A DNA stretch of 64,000 nt from Cladosporium halotolerans (Eukaryota). The notes under the pieces are model-generated. The model was not told the DNA's origin. It was given only the letters and a program-made list of their open reading frames with translations, and did no database searches. Numbering within the stretch: position 1 is the stretch's first letter; every line of letters starts with the position of its first letter. This document shows positions 46,241 to 58,292 of the stretch, piece after piece. A program made the translations under genes and the position numbers. The stretch covers positions 248,001 through 312,000 of the forward strand of contig NW_027191476.1 of assembly GCF_011745625.1 (NCBI RefSeq), in the 5' to 3' direction.

Positions 46241-46654
46241 AGCTGGAAGATTGCGTAGCCTCCCAGAGCAGACATGTTCTTCTCTAACAACCACATTGAG
46301 TCGTTGCAGTTGCCTGGTGGCTGAATGCAGCATCATGCGAAGCAATCTACTTTGTCAGAAGTCCTTTGTACGCTGTTGACTCAACGTAGCCTACTTGTGC
46401 ACTCTGCCAAGGACGCGAGCCAGGATCAAAGATACCAAGTCTCTTGGGCGTGGACCTGTCTGTACATGATCGAATGAACTGCATGCTGGTTGGCTTATAG
46501 ATACTGATCTCCCAGAATCCAACAAGAAGACACTAACGATGGATTATTAAGTACTTAAGTGAGATGTGCTTTGCGGTTCCAAATCATTTCCTTACTTCTC
46601 ACTTCTCCCGCACTCAACAATCACAGACATCCACTGTCAACACTCCGCTCTATC

Positions 46655-47080
46655 ATGTCTCATGACCGCCTCCAACAACCCCTCTCCAACCTCCACCCGG
46701 CCCTTCTCCCCCCTACCGCCTCCACGCGCACCCTCCTCTTCGACCCCGCCTACAAACACAAACCGGCGTCGCCCCTTAGCTCCCGGCAAAGCTCACCTCG
46801 CAGACCGCCTCGGCTACGAATTCCGCACGAACGCCGAGCTTTAAACCTTCAAGCAGGTAGCGACGGCTGACGCCACTACCATAGCCGCGATTGCGGCTGA
46901 AAGGTCGTGGAAGTCGAGGTTCTAGGTGTGGCACCTGCATGATCTCTATCTTGGGCTCATCGTGGACGTTGGGCTTGGGTACCGGAAGGGCTCGTGGGTT
47001 AGGCCCGAGGGGGTGAGAGATGCTATTGATCGAGGCTTGCCGGCGGATCATTTGTGGATAGAGTCTGTTGTCTTAAGATT
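46655..47080 (+). pseudogene. Probable small pseudogene of unknown family
   Basis: ATG 46655 and coding-like composition, apparent frameshift near 46765-46780, then one frame (HLADRLGYEFRTNAEL*...SRF*VWHLHDLYLG) interrupted by TAA 46842-46844 and TAG 46923-46925. Confidence 0.35.
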
Positions 47081-47221
47081 TACCTTGCGCATTCTTGTGA
47101 TCAAACACGACAACATGCACTGCTCAGCACTGTTGCTTCTCGATATTAACTTGCCATTTCGGACGTTGGTTTGGGTATCGCTACAATGCATCTATCATGA
47201 AAGAAAAAAAAAATCCCCCGC

Positions 47222-48891
47222 TCACTTCTTCTTCTCGCCAGCCTTCTCCAAAGCCACGAGGTTCTCGAGCTGAGCCAGCCAGGCCTCGCTGAAAACTTCT
47301 TCAGAAAATCGCTTCGCGCTCTTGCGCGAGCGAAGGCGCATGGCGAGCGCTTCGTCTGACGACAGCTCGAGAGCCCTGGCGAAGCCTTCGGCGAACTGTT
47401 CGGTCGTCGATGCGTGGAAGCCTGTGTCGCACATGTCAGTTTCATCGCTTTGCATTCAGAGTGAGGCCAATACGAACCTGTTGGCTTTCCATCGATCGGG
47501 ATGACGATGTCTTCCTTCGGTCCGCCGGAGTCGTTGACGACCGAGATCAGACCCGCTGCTTGGTACTCGACGACGCCGATGCCGAAGTGCTCGTTCCACA
47601 TGCCGTTGACGCCGACGGAGCTGGTCTTGAGGTAGTCGAGGATCTGCGGCCACTTGGCGTTGACGACGAACTCGACGTTCTCCTTGATTTCCTGCGCCTG
47701 CAGACGGAGCTTGTACACGCGCTTCTCGTCGGAGTCGTCGCGCACGGAGCCGACGAGGATAAGCTTGGGCGGGGGCGAGAGCTGCGACAGGTGTTTGTAG
47801 GATTTGAGGAAGGCGCGGAAAGCGTCGATGATCATTTGGTGCATTTTCTCGGGCCGGAACTGGGCAATGTACAGGAGGTTGCGAGTGCGGCTTTTCTCGC
47901 TCGCTTCGTCGACGGGGATTTTCGCCTCAAGCTCGCCGACGGCGCAGGGCGGGTAGACGACGCTGATGGCGTGCTGTTTGCCGCGGTTGGTGCGGGCCTT
48001 GCCCCAGAGCTGCGAGACGTGGTTCTGGGTCCAGCTGCTGTTGGTCATGACGACGTCGACGTTGCCGCCGACCCAGCTGTAGAGCTTGGCGAACATTTCC
48101 CAGTAGAATTGCTTTACTCTGCCGCGCAACCCTTTGCCCAGGCCGGCGTTTACGCCGCGGTTGCTTGAGACTTCGTCGTGCAGGCTGCTGAGCATGTCGG
48201 TAGAAATGGTTGGGTAGTGGACGTAGGCGCCAGTCGGGACGGTTGGGAAGAGCCATTTGCATGTTGCCAGGGTGAATGCGTAGCCCATGGTGTCGACAAA
48301 GATGTCAGGCGCAAGAAGGGTGAAGGCGTCCCATGCTAGAAGAATGGAGCCGAGGGATTGCCCAAGGAGGGTAAAGTGGGGCCACTTGCTGGGAAGAACA
48401 TATTCGCGAGTACTCAGGTAGAGGAAGCAAACGCGGGCAGCGTTGAGGTGGATGTTGAAGCGGTTGCGGACGTTGGTGATGATCTGCTCTTTGCTGGCGT
48501 CGTGGTCACCGGTATAGACCACGCAGAGAGCATTGGGATAGCGTTGTTGCGTGGCCAGAATGGCGGCGAAGAGGACACGCTCACCTCCTCCACCGGCGTT
48601 GCAGAAGGGATGGAAGAAGCCAATGACTCCCTTGAACGTCGCATCGGCGGTCACAGGAGTCTTGCTGCCCGCATTCACCGTCTCCCACTCTTCATCCGAG
48701 GAGGTGCCGTTGTCTTGCTGTAATTTTTCCTCCGATGCGGCACGCTGGAGCAGTAACTCTCTCCGCTGCGCCGTCTTGCTCTTGATCTGAGCACCGCAAA
48801 GCCGGCCAGTGAGGCGGAAGGAATAGGGCGTGAGCGCAACCGCCAGCACGGTGCCGAGCAGGACAGCCAGCAGGTCGCGGAGGAGCGCCAT
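47222..48891 (-). CDS. ALG11: GDP-Man:Man3GlcNAc2-PP-Dol alpha-1,2-mannosyltransferase
   Basis: GFFHPFCNAGGGGERVL, DTMGYAF, AYVHYPTISTDML, AQFRPEK, MWNEHFGIGVVEY; intron 47422-47477; ATG 48891. Confidence 0.96.
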
Positions 48892-49445
48892 GGCAGACAG
48901 GCGAAGTGTTTGGTGCAGTGCAGTCAGCGGCCGACGGGCTCTACCATTGCTCGGAAGGGCGGCAGCGAGGGCCTGGCGGGGTGGAGCAGTAGTAGTAGTC
49001 GTGAAGGCTGGCGGAGTGCTGGCTGACGGGGCGCACGTGGAAGGCCGACGGTGGAGGGCAGAGTGAGACACCGCGACAGCTGGCAAACGCCCGCGCATCC
49101 ACCGCGTGAGCTCGAGATCGACGTCACGCCCGCTGACTCCCTCAGTCCCTGTCCGGTCGGTCTGTCGCTGCTTCCGGCAACTTTCTGCCTGGGGGTTCGA
49201 TTATCTCGCGGCGGATCTCGCGGCCATCTCCGCCCGTGCCGCTGCAGGCACCGCACGGACGATGGCGGCGGCGACGACGTCGGCAGGGTCTTGTCGGCGA
49301 AGCTACGAAGCTGCGAAGCGAAGTGAAGTGTGTCGCGTGTGTTTCTCACCCTCTCCTCATCTCCCGCACGCCCTCGCTCCCCGCTGATCACAACCACGAC
49401 GCGATTGCCGCACCTTGCTACTGGGCGCACGGCGCGGCGTGCAAC

Positions 49446-50624
49446 ATGCTCCCGTCTCGTGCAAGAAGCGCGTTCCTACGCCTTCCGTCAAGCCCTCGCA
49501 TAGCGTCCCTCCAGCAGTCCTCCACCCGCTCTTTCTCCGCCTCTGCTCCCCGCAAAGACATCAACTTCGTTGAAATCATCGCCGCCCCTCCGCTGGCGGT
49601 GCTCAATGGCTTCCACACGATCGGCTTGCCGTGGTATGCCGCCATCCCGGCTACCGCACTCCTCATCCGCGGCATCTTTGGATACTATGCTAGCGCTGTG
49701 CCTAGCCGTCGACGCGCCCAAGCTCGCCTAAATCTGCAGCCAGTTTTGTACGCGAGTAACGCTTTGGATATGCAGAATGGGAATTTACAAAAAAAGGAGC
49801 TCTGGCAGAGGATGGTCCAACAAATGAAGAAAATACATCGTTACGGAAAACCCTTCGGCGGCGGCATAGCAAGTTCGCTTCCGCTCGTAAACTTCGCTAC
49901 TTTAATAGCGACATCGGAAGCGATTAGGATGAAATGCGGTGCGAGAGATGGGCTTCTCTCCTTGATTGCCTTGCCACTTGAATCAATTGGAAGGCTAATT
50001 GCGCCTGGTGCTTTCCGAAAAGTTGAGGATGGTGCCGATGTCCGAGCACAAGAGATTGTGGAGCGCGTCGAGCAGGTCCGCCAGGTGCGGTTGCAACAGG
50101 CTGGAGAGCTGGTGGAAGGTGGTGGGTCTGCTGCCAACGCAACCCCGGAGAACATCTACGAGGCCGTTCAGCCTGTAGGGCCTCCTGTTGTCAACACCGA
50201 GGCCTCTCACTTCGACCCAAGCATGCAGCTGGAAGGTTTCGAGTTCTGTGCTGACCTCACGGCCATGGACTACAGCCTCATCCTACCATCCATGACTGTC
50301 GGAGTGATGCTACTCAACGTGGTACTTCAACGACCGCCACCACGCGTTATAGACTCGTTTCAGCCAAGAAAATCAGGGCCCGAGAACTTTATCCGGCAGC
50401 ACGCTACACCGATGAAGGCTTTGCAGCTTGGAATCATCTCTGTATTCGGTATGGCACTAGCCCGTTTTCCGGCTGCCCTCTCCTTGTATTTTTTCAGTTC
50501 TGTGGCTATTGGGCTCGTCCAACGGCTTTTCTTGGACATCAAAATGCCGTTGAGAAGGCCGATTCGACGCTGCGTTCGACCGAACCGGATCAGGGCCAGA
50601 AAAGATTGGACGGCCAGACAGTGA
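49446..50624 (+). CDS. COX18: Mitochondrial inner-membrane insertase, Cox18/Oxa1 (YidC) family
   Basis: Presequence ending RSFSASAPRK, then GLPWYAAIPATALLIR, SEAIRMKCG, EGFEFCADLTAMD...LP, PAALSLYFFSS. Confidence 0.75.
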   Translation: MLPSRARSAFLRLPSSPRIASLQQSSTRSFSASAPRKDINFVEIIAAPPLAVLNGFHTIGLPWYAAIPATALLIRGIFGYYASAVPSRRRAQARLNLQPVLYASNALDMQNGNLQKKELWQRMVQQMKKIHRYGKPFGGGIASSLPLVNFATLIATSEAIRMKCGARDGLLSLIALPLESIGRLIAPGAFRKVEDGADVRAQEIVERVEQVRQVRLQQAGELVEGGGSAANATPENIYEAVQPVGPPVVNTEASHFDPSMQLEGFEFCADLTAMDYSLILPSMTVGVMLLNVVLQRPPPRVIDSFQPRKSGPENFIRQHATPMKALQLGIISVFGMALARFPAALSLYFFSSVAIGLVQRLFLDIKMPLRRPIRRCVRPNRIRARKDWTARQ

Positions 50625-51343
50625 GTGTGCCCCTTTAAAGGAGGCTTCACGAGCTATCGTCATTGATAGCAAAGGCTCGCATCAACGGCGTCGCCCTGAA
50701 CTGTCCCCAAGCAAGTCATTTGCAGCTTGCCGAGCAAGCGAATGTTGTTCAGTCAGCTTCAAGCCAAGCCAATCACGCCTCGAGAGAGAAGTTTGGCTTG
50801 TGCGGTAGAGCCAACATGTCCTGACTGGTGCCAGGTTTGCACCGCTTGATGGTTGTAGTTCGTCAACAGGGCAATGACTGGTCTTTCTAACGACGTTGGC
50901 ATGCTCGAAAAGCGATCATGCCCCATGAGGATGCCAGGGCTGACCGCAGCTTACTTAAATCGCAGCGTCATCGCGGTCTTCAGGGCATGCTGCATAACCT
51001 CAACGTCCGGGCATGCTTGAAGCTGCCCTCCGTCATTATTCGACGACAATGCTGGAAGGCTGGCATTCCAGTATCAGTCCTTCTGCTCGGTGGACAGTAC
51101 CTGACCCAAGATCAACAACATGACGTCCATTCAGACATTGAATCGAACATATCAACGCCACGTTGCTCTCTTGGACTGTATTATATTCGACGAATACGAT
51201 TCACTGTACAACAAGTATATGTATAAAACCACGAATATTTTGAAGCGCTCTTTTGTTCCTGTTCCCTCAAGATCATCGATCTCTCAGCACACCTCTCCGA
51301 AGCAGCCATCAATCGCTAGCAAAATCAGCACCGCATACTTCAA

Positions 51344-51919
51344 ATGTGCATCCGCTACCAAGTCGAATTCTGGCTCCCGACAAGCGAAGAGGACGTCGAC
51401 CGCGAGCGCAAAGTCAAGCGCGGCCTCGTGCAACCCGGCACAAACCCCCTCGCTCGCATCGTCCCTTTCTACGAATGCAAAGGCCGCCTCTTCCCGGATC
51501 GCCAGTGCCCCGACTACCTAATCCGCTGGGGCGGCACCTACAAGGACCAGATCCTCGACTTCTGCTACGAAGACGACGACTGCTTCCTGCGCATCAAGCA
51601 AATGGAGGCCGCGTACACGAGGGCCGGCAGGTACGCGCAGGCCGTTGAGGCTATACGGGAGGGTACGACGGTCCAGAACCATTACACGCAGGCGTGGAAG
51701 AAGGCATACGATGACTGGTGCTCTATTTATGAGCATCATAAGGACTGCCCGTGGAAGCGGTATAATCACATTTTGATGGACAGGTTGAAGAGGCGGAATA
51801 TCTTCCAGGAGCAGCCGTTTCTTGATGACGATACGCGGCTTGGGAGGCACCCTAATACGGCGGAGGATCCTGTTACGGGTGTTAACAGGCACTATGACGA
51901 GTATCGACCTCGTCGTTGA
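51344..51919 (+). CDS. Small Cys/His-containing hypothetical protein, MCIxYxxEFW family, copy 1
   Basis: Intronless 191 aa; TATAAAA at 51222; paralogous to the next two ORFs. Confidence 0.8.
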   Translation: MCIRYQVEFWLPTSEEDVDRERKVKRGLVQPGTNPLARIVPFYECKGRLFPDRQCPDYLIRWGGTYKDQILDFCYEDDDCFLRIKQMEAAYTRAGRYAQAVEAIREGTTVQNHYTQAWKKAYDDWCSIYEHHKDCPWKRYNHILMDRLKRRNIFQEQPFLDDDTRLGRHPNTAEDPVTGVNRHYDEYRPRR

Positions 51920-52744
51920 TTCGTTGGGCGATATGGAATAACTTGGTTATGGCACTCGCATAGCGCTGGTTGGCTTGTTTGGCGTTTGATTGATATGGAA
52001 CGATACCACATTGGAATGCATATTTTCTTCCGCACAAGCGTGGCAAACACTGTACTGTAGACGAAGCATCAACGTATGCAATGTCCAACGTCGCACCACT
52101 TTGGTAGCTGTCCACGTTGCCCGCGGCATAATTCTCGGATGTAACGATTGATTCTATCAAATGATCACAATGCCGTGGCATGATTCACGAGCTGTCCTCA
52201 TGAGCGTTCGCTGCTGTTACCATCACAGGCCGTGGGAGAACAGGCACAGGCCAGTCACACTTAGATACGTTTGCGTTTGCGCAATTGCAGTCAGAAGAGA
52301 GCACGCCAGCAAGTAGATTTCAGTTTAAGCTGACTTTCGCCTTTCGCTGTCATCATATTCAATTACTCTCGATTTTTGTATGTTCGTGAGCCTCATTGCT
52401 GACACTTGTAGTGAATCGGTTTAACACTGTCGGGGCGGAGCTGAGGCCTGTGGCAGCGAGATATTCGACGGCCAATACTGCCTTTTTCAACATCATGCAT
52501 TCACTCCTGTCCGCTCTCTCAGCCACTTGGGCATGGCGACAGCTTCATCGTGAACACCTTCCACTGGCACCCGCCATTCTCTGCCCCTCATATTCCGAAC
52601 ATGCACTGGTGAAGGAACTGAGTGAATGCTGCTTTCACCATCCGTATATATACTAATCACAATGGACTCGACTCGATCTCTCACACGATCCCTCAAAGAA
52701 ACCATCCACTCTCTCAAGCCAATCCACACATCCAACCCAAAACA

Positions 52745-53347
52745 ATGTGCATCCACTACACGATCGAATTCTGGGCCCCCTTCTCCAACCCCAGCGCCGA
52801 AGCCGAACGCAGAGTAATCCGCGGCCTGCAGCGCCCCGGTGAAAACCCCAAGGCCAAAACCCTCTCTTTCTGGCTGCACGGCGCCGAAATCTGGCCCCAG
52901 CCGATCTGCAACGACGTCCGCGAAGGCGGCGTCTACTACAACCGGGTCTTCGAGTTCTGCTTCGAAGACACGCACTGCCGCGAGCGGCTGGAGTCCTTCG
53001 AGTTCGCGTACGAGCGCGCGCGCAACGCGAGCCGGTACGCGGATGCGCGCGGCGAGGCGCCCGCGACGCGGCGCGAGCTGGCGGCGCAGTGGAAGCGGGC
53101 CTACGACGAGTGGGTGTCGGCGTACAATAGCCACAAGGACTGTCCGCAGACGCGGAACAGGCACGACCACTTCAATGCGCTGCGGGCGGCGAGGGTCTGT
53201 GTGGGGATGCTGGGGTTGCCGGAGGGGTTGAGGTTGGGTAGGGACCCGAACGGGGTGATTATGCCGGCGGCGGGGTTTCAGTCGGAGCTGCAAGTGCCGG
53301 AGAAGGGGAGTCCGGCGGGTCCACCTGGGAGGTGGCCGAGGCGGTAG
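52745..53347 (+). CDS. MCIxYxxEFW family, copy 2
   Basis: ATG 52745 (MCIHYTIEFW), 200 aa; TATATATA at 52645. Confidence 0.8.
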   Translation: MCIHYTIEFWAPFSNPSAEAERRVIRGLQRPGENPKAKTLSFWLHGAEIWPQPICNDVREGGVYYNRVFEFCFEDTHCRERLESFEFAYERARNASRYADARGEAPATRRELAAQWKRAYDEWVSAYNSHKDCPQTRNRHDHFNALRAARVCVGMLGLPEGLRLGRDPNGVIMPAAGFQSELQVPEKGSPAGPPGRWPRR

Positions 53348-53863
53348 GGCTGAGGTTTGGTGGGGGAGGGCGGTGAATGGTGTTGTGTAGCGTGAGGTGC
53401 CGATGCAAGGTGGTTGCTTGATGCCATGACGCCGATAGCCTGGTTGCGGCATAGTTGCATAAGTGCATAGTGTATATCAGTAAACACTGGGGCACTGGTT
53501 TTCCCCTGCATATTTGACTGCGGAGTTTTAACTTTTTTTCATGGTCTTGAGTGCGACCAGTGTGACATGTCTGAGGAACAATAGATCGTGTAAGTGTCTG
53601 CGTCAGCCGCCAGCGTGTACTAGACTGCGTCTTCACAAAGCCTTTTCTCATGCACCTCTGTGAAATGCTTTCGACTTCCTCAGTACATGCTGGAGTGCAT
53701 CAGTGTATCATGGAAAGACAGCAGTGCCTGGCCCTCGCAACGATGGTATAAAGGTCGGAGGCATGGTCTTCGTTTCCAAATCGTTCAACATCAACCTATC
53801 GAGCCGCGATTTCCCAATCAACACACACGCGGAGAAGGCCAATACCATCAACCCCTCCTTGCG

Positions 53864-54415
53864 ATGTGCATAAAGTACTATATCGAGTTTTGGACGCCCA
53901 CCGACATCAAGGACTCCAGCCTGGAAGCGCGGGCCAGTCAAATGCAGCTTTCAGAGCGTGATAACCCACTTGCTAGCATCAGCCGCGTCGAATACTTTGA
54001 ATGTCGTGCAGACCCCAGGCAAGTCCAATATCTTCGCCAGCCAATCTGCAGAGAAGTGACCTTGGGCGGGCGGCAGCGCAACATCAGGCCGTATTGCGCA
54101 GGAGACGACCACTGCGAAGTGCGCATCAATTACTTTGCCAAAGGCTTTGACAATGCCTTGCAGAACATGCACCATGCGCTGAGGTCTGTTAGGGATCCGC
54201 AGGCTCGGCTGGCCATTTCTCAGTGGCAGGAGGAGGCTGAGGGTTGGCTAAACGAGTGGCGTGCTGTTCGGGAGCAGCATCTATACTGTCCGCAGGAGAA
54301 GATGAGAGACCCGATGATATGTGCTTTGATCAATTGTGGCGCCATGGACAGGCCTGTGGAGTTATGGCCTGATCGTCGGTTGGGCCAGGATCCCCGATAT
54401 GTGAGGATTCAATGA
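53864..54415 (+). CDS. MCIxYxxEFW family, copy 3
   Basis: ATG 53864 (MCIKYYIEFW), 183 aa; TATAAA at 53747. Confidence 0.78.
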   Translation: MCIKYYIEFWTPTDIKDSSLEARASQMQLSERDNPLASISRVEYFECRADPRQVQYLRQPICREVTLGGRQRNIRPYCAGDDHCEVRINYFAKGFDNALQNMHHALRSVRDPQARLAISQWQEEAEGWLNEWRAVREQHLYCPQEKMRDPMICALINCGAMDRPVELWPDRRLGQDPRYVRIQ

Positions 54416-54566
54416 TCTAGCAGAGCAGCACTCTGGCTTTGGCTGAAGGCAGAGTTTCCCTATGGCTGGTAAGAGCGTTGCTAGTGTAGTTATGAGTCCA
54501 TAATTGAGTGATGACCCTCAGCTGCGAATGCTCAAAGGCTCCAAAGAGAAGCTTTCATGAAGACTG

Positions 54567-55471
54567 TTATGCTGTCGTCGAGATCACCAGCCCTCGGTAA
54601 TAATACCATTTCTGTCTTTTCGACGATCGAGTCATTCGCTGTGGCCCTGACGAGGCCTGTGTCTTCTGCGACTTGGCCGATGGATTTGCATCAGCTTTCT
54701 CATCTGTATCTTTCACTGCGGCGGCCTTGCGTTTGGCTTGTACTGAGGTTTTGGTTGATTCTGCAGGTTCTGAAGTTTTTGATGCCTCTTCAGCTCCTCT
54801 TAAGTTAGCACCTTGCTTCCCTAGGACATAGGCAACCTTTTCAGCTTCTAGTGCAGTCCTGCCAATGCGCTTCCTCAGCTCATCGACCTTTGCTACTAGC
54901 TCCCGGTACTCCTTGAGTGAGTATTTGATCTTCCTATCCCAGCGAGCTCCAGACCTGTCTTCCCAGAATGCCCATCGAAAAAGCTCATCTGAGAAGAATG
55001 GCAGTTTCTCGGCGTCGTTCGTGGACAGTAATAAGGCTGCAGTCGCTGGACCGATGCCTTTCAGCTTGGTGAGAATATTGAGGCTGTCATTAAGCGAGGT
55101 CCCGGAAAAGCCTACCGTGGTGGTCTCTTCCACAAACTCCTCGCTATTTTGCTGAACGAGGCCTTTGAGAGAAGGGCGAAAGGTGCCGTGAGAGCTGGAT
55201 CTTGTCAATTTCGGGCGCGATTGGCAATCACCAAAATTTGACTTATCGGGCCGAGGAGTGCTCACAGCTTCCAATCTACGAGAGTAGCTACCTCCTCCTT
55301 CGTCAGGTAAGCCTTGTCTTCGGCCTTCCTTTGTTGTAGACGCGCTGGTATCGCGGATAAGCGCTGCTCTTCTAAGTCCGCAAGTTTTGAAGGCACCGTC
55401 TCAGGATATTGGGCCAAAATAGATTCGAATGCATCTTCAGATATGCGATCAAATCTCAGCTGAGCTCCCAT
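54567..55471 (-). CDS. Conserved uncharacterised protein with a helix-hairpin-helix motif
   Basis: Intron 55195-55265 joins LTKEEVATLVDWKL to SHGTFRPSL; HhH LTKLKGIGPATAALLLS; PFFSDELF. The extreme 3' end is uncertain. Confidence 0.8.
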
Positions 55472-55784
55472 TCTGCTACTGTGAGGTGATGTGACGTCCG
55501 ATAATGTGAAGTCGAAGAACTCAGAAGCACGCGCGACTGCTTCCACAAGCCGAAAGCCGCACGCGGTCGCGTCCGCGCGCTTTCCACGTCAAGGCAACTT
55601 CCAGCTTCGCAGCCGGGCGCAACTACTTCACCTCACACACATTCGCACGCATGTGTAAAGATCAACTATGTGACAATAGGCAACGTGCGCAAGCATGATC
55701 AACAACACCACATTTGCTTCTTCTTGATCTGCAAACACGACTGAAATATTACTCTCGCTCGCGTGACCACATTCATCACTCACT

Positions 55785-57305
55785 ATGGACGGCGTACCGA
55801 AAGCCTTCTCAGTGTCATCAGACCCAACGAAAGCAGGGATTGAAAGCTCTCCGAAGCGAAGAGACCCTGATACAGAGGTTGAAGACCAAGGCGAAACCTT
55901 GGTAGGCATGCCACGTAAACGCCTCAAGCAAAATACCGAAGGCGAGACCAACCCTGCGGACAGCCTGAGCTTAGCGAGCCACAGCAAGCTTTGTCCAGGG
56001 CAAGCCCAAACCACAGAACCTCTCAATTTCCCAAAGCAGTACCAGACACCCCCTCTGAAGAACGTAGTCCCATCGCGCCCGGCGCAAACGACCTCCACCG
56101 ACGACCACGCTCGGAACCAACCAACCGTATCCGAACTGCAAAATCGTCTTGATGTAGCGAATTTGAAAAACGCACGTCTCGAGGAAGACCTTCTGGAGCA
56201 ATACAAATGGAACGCCAAGGTAGAGACGCGAATCAAGCAGGACATGTTCCTGCACATCATGCATGAGCAACAGCTGCGGAAGAAGGCCGAGGGCGATTTG
56301 GCCCGCGAGAAGTGGAGCTTCTCCAGACACGTAGCAGAACTGACCCAAAAATCCCAAGCTGAAAGGGAGCAGACGATCGCGGTTACGAAGGAGCGCGATA
56401 GGTGCGCTCAAGAGATCAATAGTTGGCGTAGACAATGCGACAGCCTGCAGTGCAACATCGAGGAGCTGGATGAAGATCTCAGGGAGCTTCGCAGAATTGA
56501 GAATGAGGCTGCTGCGAGTCGTAGAGACGAGCACCTTGGTCTCCCACCGGCCTATGGTAGCCTCAATGACGAGGACCGCTTCCCTCCTTACTCCCGGCAC
56601 GAAGACGGCGGTACTTTGGAGGTTGCTCATCTCAAGCGCGTAGTCCGGCAGCGATTTGACAAGGTAGTTGACAGCGTCTTCGGGGCGTCCGACTTGGTGG
56701 TCTTCACGTCTCTCACCGAATCTCTTGCAGAGGCCTGTCACAGCTGCCAGGCACTCCTTCAACTTGCCACTGAAGCCAGCGTGGGCCACGCGCTCGGGCT
56801 TCCTCACGGCCATACAGAAGACCCGTCTTATTGGTGGCGCAAGGATCGGTACCTTTCACAGAGGGCTGCAAGCGCGCCTTACTTCGCGGAACGCGTGTGC
56901 AAGCTGATTCTCGAGCTTCTTTGGCGATTCCTCGGCATTTGGAAGCTGCAAGCCTTCAAGACCGTTTTCTTCCACACGGACGCGCATCTCAGAATGAGCT
57001 TCGACCTCGCCGATCTAGTCCTCTTTTGTGCCGTTCAGGGTATGTTCAGCTACCATCGTTCCCTTGCAAAACTAGCATACTACTCCGACCAGCTCAAGTC
57101 CGTAAAAGATCAATTTGCGGGCTTGATGTTAAGTTTCGAACACAATTACTTCTGTAAGACAGTCGCATGGCTGGAAGAACAGGTGGAGAAGGAAAGGGAA
57201 TTGAGGGCTAACGCGAATGTGCGTGTCGCGATGTGTGCTGAGGAAGGGAGCGACATCAGCAGTCGGTTCCACGACTCAGACGCAAACGAGGATAGTGAGG
57301 GCTAA
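55785..57305 (+). CDS. Hypothetical coiled-coil protein with a PPxY motif
   Basis: Intronless 506-aa ORF; heptad-like E/K/R/Q-rich centre followed by LPPAY and FPPY, then a helical C-terminal region. Confidence 0.7.
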   Translation: MDGVPKAFSVSSDPTKAGIESSPKRRDPDTEVEDQGETLVGMPRKRLKQNTEGETNPADSLSLASHSKLCPGQAQTTEPLNFPKQYQTPPLKNVVPSRPAQTTSTDDHARNQPTVSELQNRLDVANLKNARLEEDLLEQYKWNAKVETRIKQDMFLHIMHEQQLRKKAEGDLAREKWSFSRHVAELTQKSQAEREQTIAVTKERDRCAQEINSWRRQCDSLQCNIEELDEDLRELRRIENEAAASRRDEHLGLPPAYGSLNDEDRFPPYSRHEDGGTLEVAHLKRVVRQRFDKVVDSVFGASDLVVFTSLTESLAEACHSCQALLQLATEASVGHALGLPHGHTEDPSYWWRKDRYLSQRAASAPYFAERVCKLILELLWRFLGIWKLQAFKTVFFHTDAHLRMSFDLADLVLFCAVQGMFSYHRSLAKLAYYSDQLKSVKDQFAGLMLSFEHNYFCKTVAWLEEQVEKERELRANANVRVAMCAEEGSDISSRFHDSDANEDSEG

Positions 57306-57555
57306 CGTTTATGGGGTTTGAGGAGGTCCACGGACGTTGGATATGCGTCGGACGCGTGCATGATTATACGAAGAACGGCATTACAATGGTAATTACAGGA
57401 CACTCGGACGACAGGACACTCGGACATTAGTTTGTTGATACCCTCTGTTCGCGCAAAGTAGCGTTAGGTTTTGGAAGTATGAAATTAGGCCCATGATTCG
57501 CAAAGTGCTCGTGGGCCGCACAGTATGGAAGACTTTTCTCACTCGCGCTCGACAT

Positions 57556-58292
57556 CTAGTACAGACAGCCTGTTTGATCATTCTTGATCACATTGTCAAG
57601 GTTCGAGCCGAGCAAACCAGCTCTCTCGATCCAAGCCTGGGAAAAATCGGTCAGCATGTGATGTCAATGACGGAAAAAGGAGTTCCTACATTCAGCACAG
57701 AATCTTCTACCTCGCGCTCGCGGCTGAGCACAAACAGAGTAGTGAAGTTGTTCGATTGCACAATGGCAAATTCTCCGGTGTAGTCTTGGTTAGGTCAGCT
57801 GACAAGTCTTCCTTGAGAAGTGTCTCAGAGCCTACGGACCTTGCACGATGTAATTGGGACCAGGGCAGTCCGGACCCGGCTGTCCAGGGAAGCCGACCTG
57901 GAAAACACCCGAGGCGCCGTAGGTCGGGTTGGCAGGTGCCGCAGTGCCCAGAATGTTAACCGCCCGGCCTTCGGCTTGGCAGGTGTTGTTGACTTGGACG
58001 GTGCCGTTGTTCTTGATCTGGTCAGTATGGTTTTGTCCCTTTTCTGTCTCATGTGGGAGAGGTCGCGTACATTTAGAGCATACTGTGCCTGAATGCATTT
58101 GCATCCTGCCGTGAATGGAGCTACTGTGCCGGCGACCTGGTACCATTTCCCTAGGTAAGACTCGAGGTGAAAGCCAATGTCGGCTTTGGGGTAGTAGCAG
58201 TGGCCATCCCAGCTTGAGGGAACGGCGTTGAGGCTTGCTGCAGAGGCGGTGGCCGCGAGTCCGATGGAGAGGGCAATGGTGGTGAGACGCAT
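57556..58292 (-). CDS. Secreted lipocalin (ApoD/Blc-like)
   Basis: Signal peptide; YLGKWYQVA (SCR1), QDY (SCR2), VLSR (SCR3). Exons 58292-58071, 58011-57840, 57784-57690, 57636-57556. Confidence 0.88.

Noticed and set aside
46842..46925. In-frame stops in the small remnant as further editing-corrected codons
   Set aside because: They include a TAA and an apparent frameshift, so ordinary decay is the simpler explanation.
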